Positions 1 to 7,617 of a stretch of 64,000 nucleotides of DNA are shown piece after piece. Each line of letters begins with the position of its first letter. Within the stretch, counting starts at the first letter, position 1. This stretch comes from an uncultured Clostridia bacterium. Lineage in GTDB: Bacteria > Bacillota > Clostridia > Christensenellales > UBA1242. The translations under genes were made by a program, and so were the position numbers. The DNA lies in the NCBI GenBank assembly GCA_934757855.1, contig CAKVLR010000003.1, positions 22,373-86,372 on the forward strand, read 5' to 3'. The notes beneath the pieces are model-generated. The model was not told the DNA's origin, ran no database searches, and saw nothing but the letters and a program-made list of their open reading frames with translations.

Positions 1-871
1 TGTTTAATGCTGTGATGATTTCTTCTGGTTTTGTCACACAACAACTATAAAATTGCTTTATCAAAAAGTTTGTACCCTCACTTGCAAGGCTATTGCAATT
101 CCCTGGTAGAGCAAAAATCTCTTTGCCACCATCAAGTGCGAAATTAACCGTATATAAAGCACCGCTATCTTTGCCTGCCTCAGTCACAAGTACACCCTCA
201 GATAATCCAGCAATTATTCTATTGCGTTGCACAAAAGTATAACGCTTTGCGTTTACATCAGGGGCTTTTTCCGAAATAATCAACCCGCCATTATTTACGA
301 CATCACGCGCAAGTTGCACATTTATTGCAGGGAAAATATAGTCAAGACCGCCCGCAAGTACGCCGATTGCTTTTCCTTTAATCTTCATTACACCTTCGTG
401 TGCGTGACCGTCGATTCCTTCTGCAAGTCCACTCACAATCGTAAATCCAGCCTTGCTGATACTTTGCGCAAATCGTTCTGTTTGCTCCTTGCCATAACGC
501 GTGCAAACTCGCGACCCTACGATAGCAAAACAGCGCGATTTCAACAAACTTATATCACCTATATAATATATGATAAGTGGTGGCATATCCAAATTTTTCA
601 ACTGTTCTGGGTACAACGGACTATCTAGCGTGATATATTTAATTCGCGAAGTAGCCAGTTTTTCGATTACTTTATCAAATCTACCACCAGCGCGAATACT
701 CATTAATTCTTGAAATTCGTTTCCATCAAGGTATTGCATTATGTGCGAATCATAATGAGTTACATTCCACAAATCTTCCAAGTTTGCATACGAATTTGCC
801 AAATCATAAAGTTTGTTGACTGGCATATCACTCATAGAAAGCCAAATATATACTTTTTCTTCAATTTCCAT
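1..871 (-). CDS. dprA: DNA processing protein DprA/Smf (partial: 3' end lies beyond window start)
   Basis: Absent from the ORF track because no stop codon falls inside the window. Hand translation of the minus strand from ATG 871-869 stays open to base 1: MEIEEKVYIWLSMSDMPVNKLYDLANS...YPEQLKNLDMPPLIIYYIGD...CFAIVGSRVCTRYGKE...VSGLAEGIDGHAHEG...GVLAGGLDYIFPAIN...GGLIISE...FVQRNRIIAGLSEGVLVTEAGKDSGALYTVNFALDGGKEIFALPG. These are the conserved DprA core motifs. It starts 2 nt after the comM stop. Confidence 0.9.
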   Translation of the reverse strand, partial: MEIEEKVYIWLSMSDMPVNKLYDLANSYANLEDLWNVTHYDSHIMQYLDGNEFQELMSIRAGGRFDKVIEKLATSRIKYITLDSPLYPEQLKNLDMPPLIIYYIGDISLLKSRCFAIVGSRVCTRYGKEQTERFAQSISKAGFTIVSGLAEGIDGHAHEGVMKIKGKAIGVLAGGLDYIFPAINVQLARDVVNNGGLIISEKAPDVNAKRYTFVQRNRIIAGLSEGVLVTEAGKDSGALYTVNFALDGGKEIFALPGNCNSLASEGTNFLIKQFYSCCVTKPEEIITALN

Positions 872-873
872 AA

Positions 874-2427
874 TTACATCCAATATTTTTTATCAAGCGA
901 GCGGTAGCCAATGGCTTCTGCTAAGTGTTGTATCTCTATGTCTTTTGAGCCTTCAAGGTCGGCAATAGTGCGCGCAACTTTGAGTATACGATTGTGCGCA
1001 CGCGCAGATAAATTCAATTTTTCAAAGGCTTGTTTAATGAGTTCGTTACTATCTTCACTCAAATGACAATAAAGTGCAATTTCTTGCTTGTTCATACGCG
1101 CATTACAAGTGGTGTGTGAATTTTTAAATCTTTCATTTTGAATAGCACGCGCCTTGTTTACGCGAGCGCGAATAGAAGCACTCGTTTCTTCGGTTATTTC
1201 CTTTGAATTGAGTTCATCAAAACTTACCCCGTCAACCTCCACATGCAAATCTATTCTATCCATAAGCGGTCCACTGAGTTTACCTAAATAATTGTGAATT
1301 TGAGTTGGCGAACAACGGCACTCGCGTGTCTTTGAGCCATAGTTTCCACAAGGACAAGGGTTCATACTGGTGACAAGCATAAATTTTGCAGGGTAATTAA
1401 TGGTATTTTGCACGCGCGCAACCGTGATTACACCATCTTCAAGAGGCTGGCGCAAAGTTTCTATCGTTTTGCGGTTGTATTCTGGCAGTTCATCTAAAAA
1501 TAGTACACCGTTGTGCGCCAAACTAATCTCACCAGGTTTGGCTTTTGCACCACCACCAGTAAGAGTAACAGCGGTAGTCGTGTGGTGCGGAGAGCGGAAA
1601 GGTCTTTTCCACACAATGCCTTCTTTGTTGTCTAGTATGCCAGCAACACTATGTATTTTTGTTACCTCCAAAGCCTCATCAAATGTCATAGCAGGCAAAA
1701 TGGAAGGCAAGCACCTAGCAAGCATTGTCTTACCTGCACCAGGGGGACCAATCATCATAATATTGTGTCCGCCAGAAGCAGCGATTTCCATTGCGCGCTT
1801 TGCAGCCCTCTGCCCCTTTACATAGCAAAAATCATTTTCATCAGGCTTGTATTCTTGCAAGTCTTGAAATTTTTGCTTAGCCACAGGCGCAATATTTACC
1901 TCACCGTTTAAGTACTGCACAAGTTCCGAAAGCGACTTTACAGGGTACACATCAATACCCTCGATAAAACTCGCTTCGTGCGCATTTTCGGCAGGTATAA
2001 ACACTCGTTTATGCCCTAGCGAGCGCGCCGTAATCAATAGAGGCAACACGCCCGTTGCTTTTCGTGTAAAGCCATCAAGACTAAGTTCACCGATGAAAGT
2101 ACATTCCTTGATAAACGCGCATTTAATCTCGCCCGTACAAATCAACAAGGATACAGCAATCGGTAAATCATAAATAGGCCCCTCTTTTTTGAGGTCTGCG
2201 GGCGCAAGGTTTACGGTCAATTTCAGCATAGGAAATTTTAGATAAGAATTTTTGATTGCGCTACGAATACGCTCTTTACTTTCCTTTATAGCAGTGTCAG
2301 GTAGACCCACAATATCAAATTTTGGCAAGCCGTTGTTTACATCGGTTTCAACCACCAAATCAAAGCCTTCGATACCCATTAAGCCCAATGTCTTTACTTT
2401 TGCTAACATAATAACTCTCCCGTTCAA
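874..2427 (-). CDS. comM: ComM/YifB-family Mg-chelatase-like AAA+ ATPase
   Basis: 517-aa ORF with Walker A GPPGAGKT, Walker B VLFLDELPE and a C-terminal Mg-chelatase subunit-ChlI-like helix region. The comM-dprA adjacency is common in Firmicutes. Confidence 0.9.
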   Translation of the reverse strand: MNGRVIMLAKVKTLGLMGIEGFDLVVETDVNNGLPKFDIVGLPDTAIKESKERIRSAIKNSYLKFPMLKLTVNLAPADLKKEGPIYDLPIAVSLLICTGEIKCAFIKECTFIGELSLDGFTRKATGVLPLLITARSLGHKRVFIPAENAHEASFIEGIDVYPVKSLSELVQYLNGEVNIAPVAKQKFQDLQEYKPDENDFCYVKGQRAAKRAMEIAASGGHNIMMIGPPGAGKTMLARCLPSILPAMTFDEALEVTKIHSVAGILDNKEGIVWKRPFRSPHHTTTAVTLTGGGAKAKPGEISLAHNGVLFLDELPEYNRKTIETLRQPLEDGVITVARVQNTINYPAKFMLVTSMNPCPCGNYGSKTRECRCSPTQIHNYLGKLSGPLMDRIDLHVEVDGVSFDELNSKEITEETSASIRARVNKARAIQNERFKNSHTTCNARMNKQEIALYCHLSEDSNELIKQAFEKLNLSARAHNRILKVARTIADLEGSKDIEIQHLAEAIGYRSLDKKYWM

Positions 2428-2555
2428 CGCAAATACATTCCCTTTATTCTAGCAACTTTTGTTAATTTTGGCAATCGTTTTTGCCAAAACTTATTTTTTA
2501 TGAGGTAAATATTCTAAAAATAGTGATTTTTGCATAAAATAATTTAAAAATCTGC

Positions 2556-2584
2556 TTGACATTGCCTAGAAATTATGGCAAAAT
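2556..2584 (+). promoter_or_regulatory. sigmaA-type promoter for rpsU
   Basis: TTGACA (2556-2561), 17-nt spacer, CAAAAT (2579-2584) preceded by TGg (extended -10). An RBS AAAGGTGGTGAG follows, about 8 nt before the ATG at 2621. Confidence 0.45.
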
Positions 2585-2620
2585 TAATTTAATATTTTTA
2601 CGCAAAGGTGGTGAGAAACA

Positions 2621-2797
2621 ATGACAATGGTTGTAGTCGGAAAAGATGAATCAATCGACAGCGCATTAAAGAGATTTAAGCGCAAGTGCCAAAAAGACGG
2701 TATTATCGGTGATTTGCGTAAGCACGAAGCATACGAAAAGCCTAGCGTAAAGCGCAAGAGAAAGAGCGAAGCCGCTCGTAAGCGTAACCGCAAATAA
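2621..2797 (+). CDS. rpsU: 30S ribosomal protein S21
   Basis: 58 codons, below the ORF-track cutoff. Hand translation: [58 protein letters not shown]. This is the typical S21 sequence (ALKRFKRK...EKPS.KRK). Good RBS. Confidence 0.9.
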   Translation: MTMVVVGKDESIDSALKRFKRKCQKDGIIGDLRKHEAYEKPSVKRKRKSEAARKRNRK

Positions 2798-2804
2798 TTA
2801 TTTT

Positions 2805-2835
2805 AAAAGTTGGTTAATTACCAACTTTTTTGTTT
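2805..2835 (+). terminator. rho-independent terminator of rpsU
   Basis: Stem AAAAGTTGGT (2805-2814) pairs with ACCAACTTTT (2820-2829), loop TAATT, followed by TTTTTTGTTTTT. Confidence 0.75.
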
Positions 2836-2858
2836 TTAAAAGGAATATTTATCTTTAT

Positions 2859-2895
2859 GAGATTGCCACGGTCGTTTCACTCCCTCGCAATGACA
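2859..2895 (+). repeat. 37-nt hairpin repeat, copy 1 (GAGATTGCCAC-15 nt-TCGCAATGACA)
   Basis: GAGATTGCCACGGTCGTTTCACTCCCTCGCAATGACA. The outer ATTGC/GCAAT stem is shared with copies at 2976, 5298, 5357 and 5474. Confidence 0.85.
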
Positions 2896-2975
2896 AGTTG
2901 GAGCGTGTTGTGGGTAACCATTCTAGTTGAAGTTAGTTAATTTAAGTTGTATTAGAATAGTTAAGTAATGATTCT

Positions 2976-3012
2976 TGTCATTGCGAACCCCCGTAAGGGG
3001 TGTGGCAATCTC
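2976..3012 (-). repeat. 37-nt hairpin repeat, copy 2 (inverted orientation)
   Basis: The reverse complement reads GAGATTGCCACACCCCTTACGGGGGTTCGCAATGACA. Inner stem ACCCC/GGGGT. Confidence 0.85.
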
Positions 3013-3050
3013 TAAAAAAAGGAAAAACCGCGGGAGCGTAGCTCCCGCGG
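3013..3050 (-). terminator. rho-independent terminator of the 665-aa surface-protein gene
   Basis: GC-rich stem CCGCGGGAGC (3028-3037) pairs with GCTCCCGCGG (3041-3050), loop GTA. On the minus strand it is followed by TTTTTCCTTTTTTT. It lies 13 nt after the stop at 3064. Confidence 0.85.
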
Positions 3051-3063
3051 TTATCTATTTTAT

Positions 3064-5061
3064 TTATTCCCAGAAATCAGTCGAATTGTCCGTTTCACTA
3101 TTTATATTTTGGGTTGTGTTCTTGGCAAATTTTGCTGTAATAATTTTACCTTTTACCGCACTGAGCGGAATGTCTATACTCAATTTTGAACTGTCGGCAG
3201 TCACCTTTTGTCCGCTCGAATTTGTAAAAGTAATGATTTCATCACCGACATACCACCCCTCGAAATTGTACCCTTTGTACGGTATTGCGCTGAGATGCAC
3301 AATCGCATTTTCATCTTCACTGTCGAAACCGTTTACCAGCGTTTGACCGCCATCACTTGTTTCTAGCCCCACTCCGTTCACACTCGCTCCGCCTGAGGTA
3401 TTAGGCAGATTTGGGCTTGTATTTACATAAGTCAATTTTATACTAATATCACCCGTGAAGGCAAAAATTTCAAAAATAATTTGCTTGTTATTTTCGTTGA
3501 CCGTATATCGTATGAAACCGCTCGCCCCGGAATAATTTAATATTCCGCTCCGCGATTTCAAAATTTCTATTTCATTTGTATCGACTTGTACACTGTATAT
3601 ATACAAGTTTGCAGTCGTTGGAATTACACTATATATTCCGTTGTCCAAATTGTATGAAGATGAAATTTTTAATGCTGTATTTGTACTAGTGAAATTTACA
3701 TTGTATGCTAGTTTGAAATATGCAACGGCTGAAATATCTTCACTAACTGTGAAAACATACGGATTTGCAGTAATTTTATTACCATTTACTAACCAGTAAT
3801 CAAAACTAAACCCTACTTGTGGAATTGCTGTCATTGTAGCAGAAGTGCTTGTTTTGAACAAATCTCCACTGTATGCACCAAGCAAAGACACACTCCCCTG
3901 ACTACTGTCACTTGCGGAAACAGAAACTTGGTTCGCCGTGCTAAGCACGGCAGATTCAAGATTTAAGTGAAGCGCAGGACGCACCGCGTAGGAACTATCC
4001 ACATTATTGTAATTGCCACTAGACCCAGAGGGGCCTACACCATACGCATAGTAGGAATTATTGTAATAGGAAGAGCGCGACCACGAGTAAGCATTTGTTG
4101 TCTGTCCTCTTTCGTTTACGGAAAGTTTCCATATACCCAATTTAGAGTCACTATAACCCATCTCTTGCATACTAGGCAACCACAGGCAGTCATTACCCCA
4201 GTTGGTATAACCAGATACCTTCTGGAAATTGTAACTACTGTAATAGCCTGTTACATTAGTCGCAAGAGAGTCATTCATTAGTGTATAACCTAGTACACTA
4301 TTGCCTTGTGAGGTAGTTTGATATGGCATAGCATTAGGGCGAACTATGTAATCTGTTAAGTCATTGTTATCGCCAGCAGTTGCCACTGTAAACTTAGAAA
4401 AAATATGAGTACCATCAGTCACTTGAGTTGCAGTTGCTGTTGCGCTACTATTGCTACCATTTGAAGTACCATTCCAATATTTGCCACCATTATTTAATGT
4501 AACGGCACGAATATAACTCATACCGTACATACTACTAGGGTATGCACTTGTCCAGTTACTACCACTATCGTAATAACCATTTGACCAAGTTGAGGTCAAT
4601 GCACCATTATTACTAGAAACTGCGTACTTTACTCCGCTAGGCACTGTGCCTTTTGTAAATTCTGATTGAGTACTGTCCGCTAGCCATAAGGTCGCGGTGC
4701 GTTGCCCACTTGCGTTGTTAGTAAGGTACACTACTTGCCATTGTAAACCGCCTAGCGTAACTAGAACAGTCTTACCTCCTGTCAATGAACGAATATCACT
4801 CGCTGTATAATCACTATCGCTTGTATATGCGGTAGAAAGCGTGCTAGTCAAAGCAGTTAACTTGCTATTATAAAATATTTTGGCTTCCGCACTCCAAATT
4901 TCGCCTATTTCTACACAATTTGTAGTATCACTTGACTTGATAGCGGTCGCTTGATTGCGTTGAATACCGATAACAACACCAGTAGTCACTGGCACTACTA
5001 AACATATTATACTTACTACTATTATAAATGCTAGTTTTGCCCTACTAATCGTTTTTTCCAT
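3064..5061 (-). CDS. membrane-anchored surface protein, DUF6273-like module plus two InlB-B-repeat-like units
   Basis: 665-aa ORF with a good RBS (AGGAGA). N-terminal TM anchor IIVVSIICLVVPVTTGVVIG. Module signature LGGLQWQVVY ... CLWLPSMQEMG ... WSRS ... AVRPALHLNL resembles DUF6273. The C-terminal GFSFDYWLVNG... and GYNFEGWYVGD... units resemble Listeria-Bacteroides (InlB B) repeats. Confidence 0.75.
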   Translation of the reverse strand: MEKTISRAKLAFIIVVSIICLVVPVTTGVVIGIQRNQATAIKSSDTTNCVEIGEIWSAEAKIFYNSKLTALTSTLSTAYTSDSDYTASDIRSLTGGKTVLVTLGGLQWQVVYLTNNASGQRTATLWLADSTQSEFTKGTVPSGVKYAVSSNNGALTSTWSNGYYDSGSNWTSAYPSSMYGMSYIRAVTLNNGGKYWNGTSNGSNSSATATATQVTDGTHIFSKFTVATAGDNNDLTDYIVRPNAMPYQTTSQGNSVLGYTLMNDSLATNVTGYYSSYNFQKVSGYTNWGNDCLWLPSMQEMGYSDSKLGIWKLSVNERGQTTNAYSWSRSSYYNNSYYAYGVGPSGSSGNYNNVDSSYAVRPALHLNLESAVLSTANQVSVSASDSSQGSVSLLGAYSGDLFKTSTSATMTAIPQVGFSFDYWLVNGNKITANPYVFTVSEDISAVAYFKLAYNVNFTSTNTALKISSSYNLDNGIYSVIPTTANLYIYSVQVDTNEIEILKSRSGILNYSGASGFIRYTVNENNKQIIFEIFAFTGDISIKLTYVNTSPNLPNTSGGASVNGVGLETSDGGQTLVNGFDSEDENAIVHLSAIPYKGYNFEGWYVGDEIITFTNSSGQKVTADSSKLSIDIPLSAVKGKIITAKFAKNTTQNINSETDNSTDFWE

Positions 5062-5297
5062 ATTTTTTTCTCCTAAAATTTTTTATGCATTTTCCGTAAA
5101 CTAGTAACTATTGTTAATATTATATCTTATTTTTCACAAAAGCACAAACAAATTGAAGGGTATTTTGTAACTTTTTGTATTTTTATTTTCTACTTTCTAC
5201 ATTTTTAGACAAAATTCTCCTTAAAGTGTGCTTGCACACGGAAAGTCTGGCAGAACTGTAAGCCTAGTAGAATAGTGAGAAATTAGCCAGCCATAGA

Positions 5298-5334
5298 GAG
5301 ATTGCCACACCCCTTGCAGGGGTTCGCAATGACA
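5298..5334 (+). repeat. 37-nt hairpin repeat, copy 3
   Basis: GAGATTGCCACACCCCTTGCAGGGGTTCGCAATGACA. Confidence 0.85.
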
Positions 5335-5356
5335 AAAGGAATTATTATTTTATCAA

Positions 5357-5392
5357 GAGATTGCCACGGGGCTTTCGGCCCCTCGCAATGCC
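5357..5392 (+). repeat. hairpin repeat, copy 4 (variant 3' end)
   Basis: GAGATTGCCACGGGGCTTTCGGCCCCTCGCAATGCC. Inner stem GGGGC/GCCCC. Confidence 0.8.
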
Positions 5393-5473
5393 TTGGAGTA
5401 CCGCTAGGTACGGAAAGTCTGGCAGTACACGGAGGTAAAGTAGAAACGACAAGATATTAGCCAGCCATATTTA

Positions 5474-5510
5474 GAGATTGCCGCGGTCGCTACGCTCCCT
5501 CGCAATGACA
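5474..5510 (+). repeat. 37-nt hairpin repeat, copy 5
   Basis: GAGATTGCCGCGGTCGCTACGCTCCCTCGCAATGACA. It is immediately followed by a further small hairpin ACACCCC-TGC-GGGGTGT (5508-5524). Confidence 0.85.
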
Positions 5511-5630
5511 CCCCTGCGGGGTGTTAGCACAAGCCAGCCAGTCGCACTCCCTCACAATAGCAAGAGGCAAACAAAAAACAGCCAAATAATTTACATTACT
5601 TGACTATTTTTATCTATGTATTTTGATATT

Positions 5631-6704
5631 TTACGCTGAAACGATTTTTTGTGAAATTGTATTGATTAATTGAGTTAGATTTTTGTATTCGCAGTTATAA
5701 AAGTCGTTTAGAATATCAATATAACCTTGCTCAATTTCGGTTGGGTTGTCTTTACTTAAATTTACTTTTGGCAGAATTTCTTTTACCATTTTGTAACTAT
5801 TTTCAAATACTGGGTTGTAGTTTATGGCTGAATTATACGCAGAAACTACTGCCTTTTCATTCTCGGTCATTTCGCCCGTTCTCTTTTCAAACTCTTGAAT
5901 TTTTGTATCAATATTTAGATAAGATTGAAGTACTGAATTGACATCTTTGCTATAATTTTGGTCGGTGTAGTATTCGCTGTCGCCATTTGCCAAAGTTCTA
6001 TCATAGATATATGGCAAGTAGGAATTGATATACACATCGGCAAGTTTGGTTAAACTCTCGATATAATATTTCTCAATTTTACCGCTTGCGATACGACCAG
6101 TTGCGGAATTTGAAGCATTGATAAACACATATTTATTGTAAAGTTCGATATACTGTTGTGAAAACTCGCAACTTGTCTTTACCAACTCGTAATAGTCATC
6201 AAGCATTGTATTAAGCCAACTTATTTCTAGCGCACTAGTTGCGTTAAATGTAGCGCGGGTGTCAAATTTTTTCTTATCTTGTAAAAATTTTTCCGCTTTT
6301 GCCTTTAAGTCCAAAAATTTCTTGTAGAGGCTTGTGCTTTCATTCATAGGCACATTTTCGCTAGTAACATTTACATAGTTTTTGGCAAATACTAGACTTG
6401 CTTTTAGCGTAGGCTCAAAAATGGCTTGATTTGAGTTTATATTGCCCGATAAGCGAGTAAATTTGCTCAATTTACTATCTTTGTCTGTTTGGTTGATACA
6501 AACCTTCATAATTTCATTTTTGTATGTAACTTTTATATATCCTTCGGTATCAAACAACTCGCCTTGATTGTCTTTTACAAAAGTTTTGTACGCATCTTGA
6601 AATTCCGCGTAAGAATACTGTGTATTGTCACAACCAGCAAAAATCATTATTGAACAACACAACAAAGCCACGCACATAAAGCACGAAATTGCAATTTTTT
6701 TCAT
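5631..6704 (-). CDS. hypothetical lipoprotein
   Basis: 357-aa ORF. Signal peptide MKKIAISCFMCVALLCCSIMIFAGC with lipobox IFAG/C (Cys25). The remainder is helical and Asn/Tyr/Lys-rich with no motif I recognise. It starts 1 nt after the upstream gene's stop. Confidence 0.75.
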   Translation of the reverse strand: MKKIAISCFMCVALLCCSIMIFAGCDNTQYSYAEFQDAYKTFVKDNQGELFDTEGYIKVTYKNEIMKVCINQTDKDSKLSKFTRLSGNINSNQAIFEPTLKASLVFAKNYVNVTSENVPMNESTSLYKKFLDLKAKAEKFLQDKKKFDTRATFNATSALEISWLNTMLDDYYELVKTSCEFSQQYIELYNKYVFINASNSATGRIASGKIEKYYIESLTKLADVYINSYLPYIYDRTLANGDSEYYTDQNYSKDVNSVLQSYLNIDTKIQEFEKRTGEMTENEKAVVSAYNSAINYNPVFENSYKMVKEILPKVNLSKDNPTEIEQGYIDILNDFYNCEYKNLTQLINTISQKIVSA

Positions 6705-6705
6705 T

Positions 6706-7614
6706 TTACAACCTCCCCACTAAACCAAATCCAGCCAAAAGCAAGTAAATCCTTTCTTTTTCCACTGTATCGGTAATTTTGTTGTAGTAGTCTGCCTTGT
6801 CTGTCGAATTTAGAAAAGCAGAATAGTCTTTGTCTTTTGCACTAAACACTGTGATAAATTTTGCGATTTGTGTGTCACTAGATTGTGCAGTAAAGTTAGC
6901 CGATTTGCTTTGCGTATAAAATTTCGCCATAGCGAGGCTGTCTTTGTACAACGCAACACTAACCTCATCACCACCCAAAACAGCGGTCTTTAACAACTCT
7001 GCCTCTACACTCAAACCGTAAGTTTGCACATATTTTTGACTTTGTTTTGCATCAATATTTTTGTAAAAATAACTTGTCACATAATCAAAAGTATCTTTTG
7101 CGAGTTTGTGGTAATTCTTCACCAACCCTTCCAAATCTATAATCAATGATTTAAAATTTTGTACAGTTGCGGGGTTTGTCGTACCTAATTGATTGTAAGT
7201 TTGATTGAACAACGATTGGCTACGCAATGCTTGCGTAAGTGAAGTTTGATAAGATTTTATATCGTTTTGAATTTCAGTCGCTTTTGCATTATCTTTGTTA
7301 CCAACATACATAAGCAAATTTGCATAGGTATCCAAAATTTCATTGTCCATATAATAGGTCAAGTACAACTCACTATAACCTTGATTTGAAACATTTTTGT
7401 TATACTCAAAATATGTTCCGCTTTCCAACTCGCCTAAATTTGTATTTAAAGTTTTTTGTTCATCAGATGCAAGAAGTTTACTCATTTCTTCGTGAACAGC
7501 CCCGCGCACATTATCATTTTTTATCAAGAAAAAGTAAATGCACGCGCCTATTCCCGCCAAGATTATGAGTGCAACCAAAACTCTTGCGAACACAACACCA
7601 GCCGATTTAGCCAT
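6706..7614 (-). CDS. hypothetical membrane-anchored protein
   Basis: 302-aa ORF with a single N-terminal TM (VLVALIILAGIGACIYFFLI). The extracytoplasmic part is helical. It is tightly packed between the RluA-like gene and the lipoprotein gene. Confidence 0.7.
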   Translation of the reverse strand: MAKSAGVVFARVLVALIILAGIGACIYFFLIKNDNVRGAVHEEMSKLLASDEQKTLNTNLGELESGTYFEYNKNVSNQGYSELYLTYYMDNEILDTYANLLMYVGNKDNAKATEIQNDIKSYQTSLTQALRSQSLFNQTYNQLGTTNPATVQNFKSLIIDLEGLVKNYHKLAKDTFDYVTSYFYKNIDAKQSQKYVQTYGLSVEAELLKTAVLGGDEVSVALYKDSLAMAKFYTQSKSANFTAQSSDTQIAKFITVFSAKDKDYSAFLNSTDKADYYNKITDTVEKERIYLLLAGFGLVGRL

Positions 7615-7617
7615 TTT

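Larger units (their letters stand above)
5238..5562. repeat. composite intergenic repeat array (two ~100-bp units, one solo hairpin, one degenerate remnant)
   Basis: ACGGAAAGTCTGGCAG ... ATTAGCCAGCCATA ... hairpin repeat occurs twice (5238-5334 and 5410-5510). A solo hairpin lies at 5357-5392. A degenerate AGCCAGCCAGTCGCACTCCCTCACAATAGCA lies at 5532-5562. Confidence 0.85.

Noticed and set aside
2466-2500. Terminator-like hairpin TTTTGGCAA-TCGTTT-TTGCCAAAA followed by CTTATTTTTT in the divergent comM/rpsU promoter region
   Set aside because: No plus-strand gene lies upstream for it to terminate. It may be a 5'-UTR element of comM-dprA, an operator, or a stop for antisense read-through. There is not enough evidence to call it.
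5238-5562. Possible CRISPR array (short palindromic repeats in an intergenic region)
   Set aside because: There are only 3-4 copies with irregular spacing (22, 81 and ~30 nt). The repeats differ internally, the 'spacers' themselves contain repeated sequence (ACGGAAAGTCTGGCAG, ATTAGCCAGCCATA), a copy elsewhere is inverted, and no cas genes are in the window.
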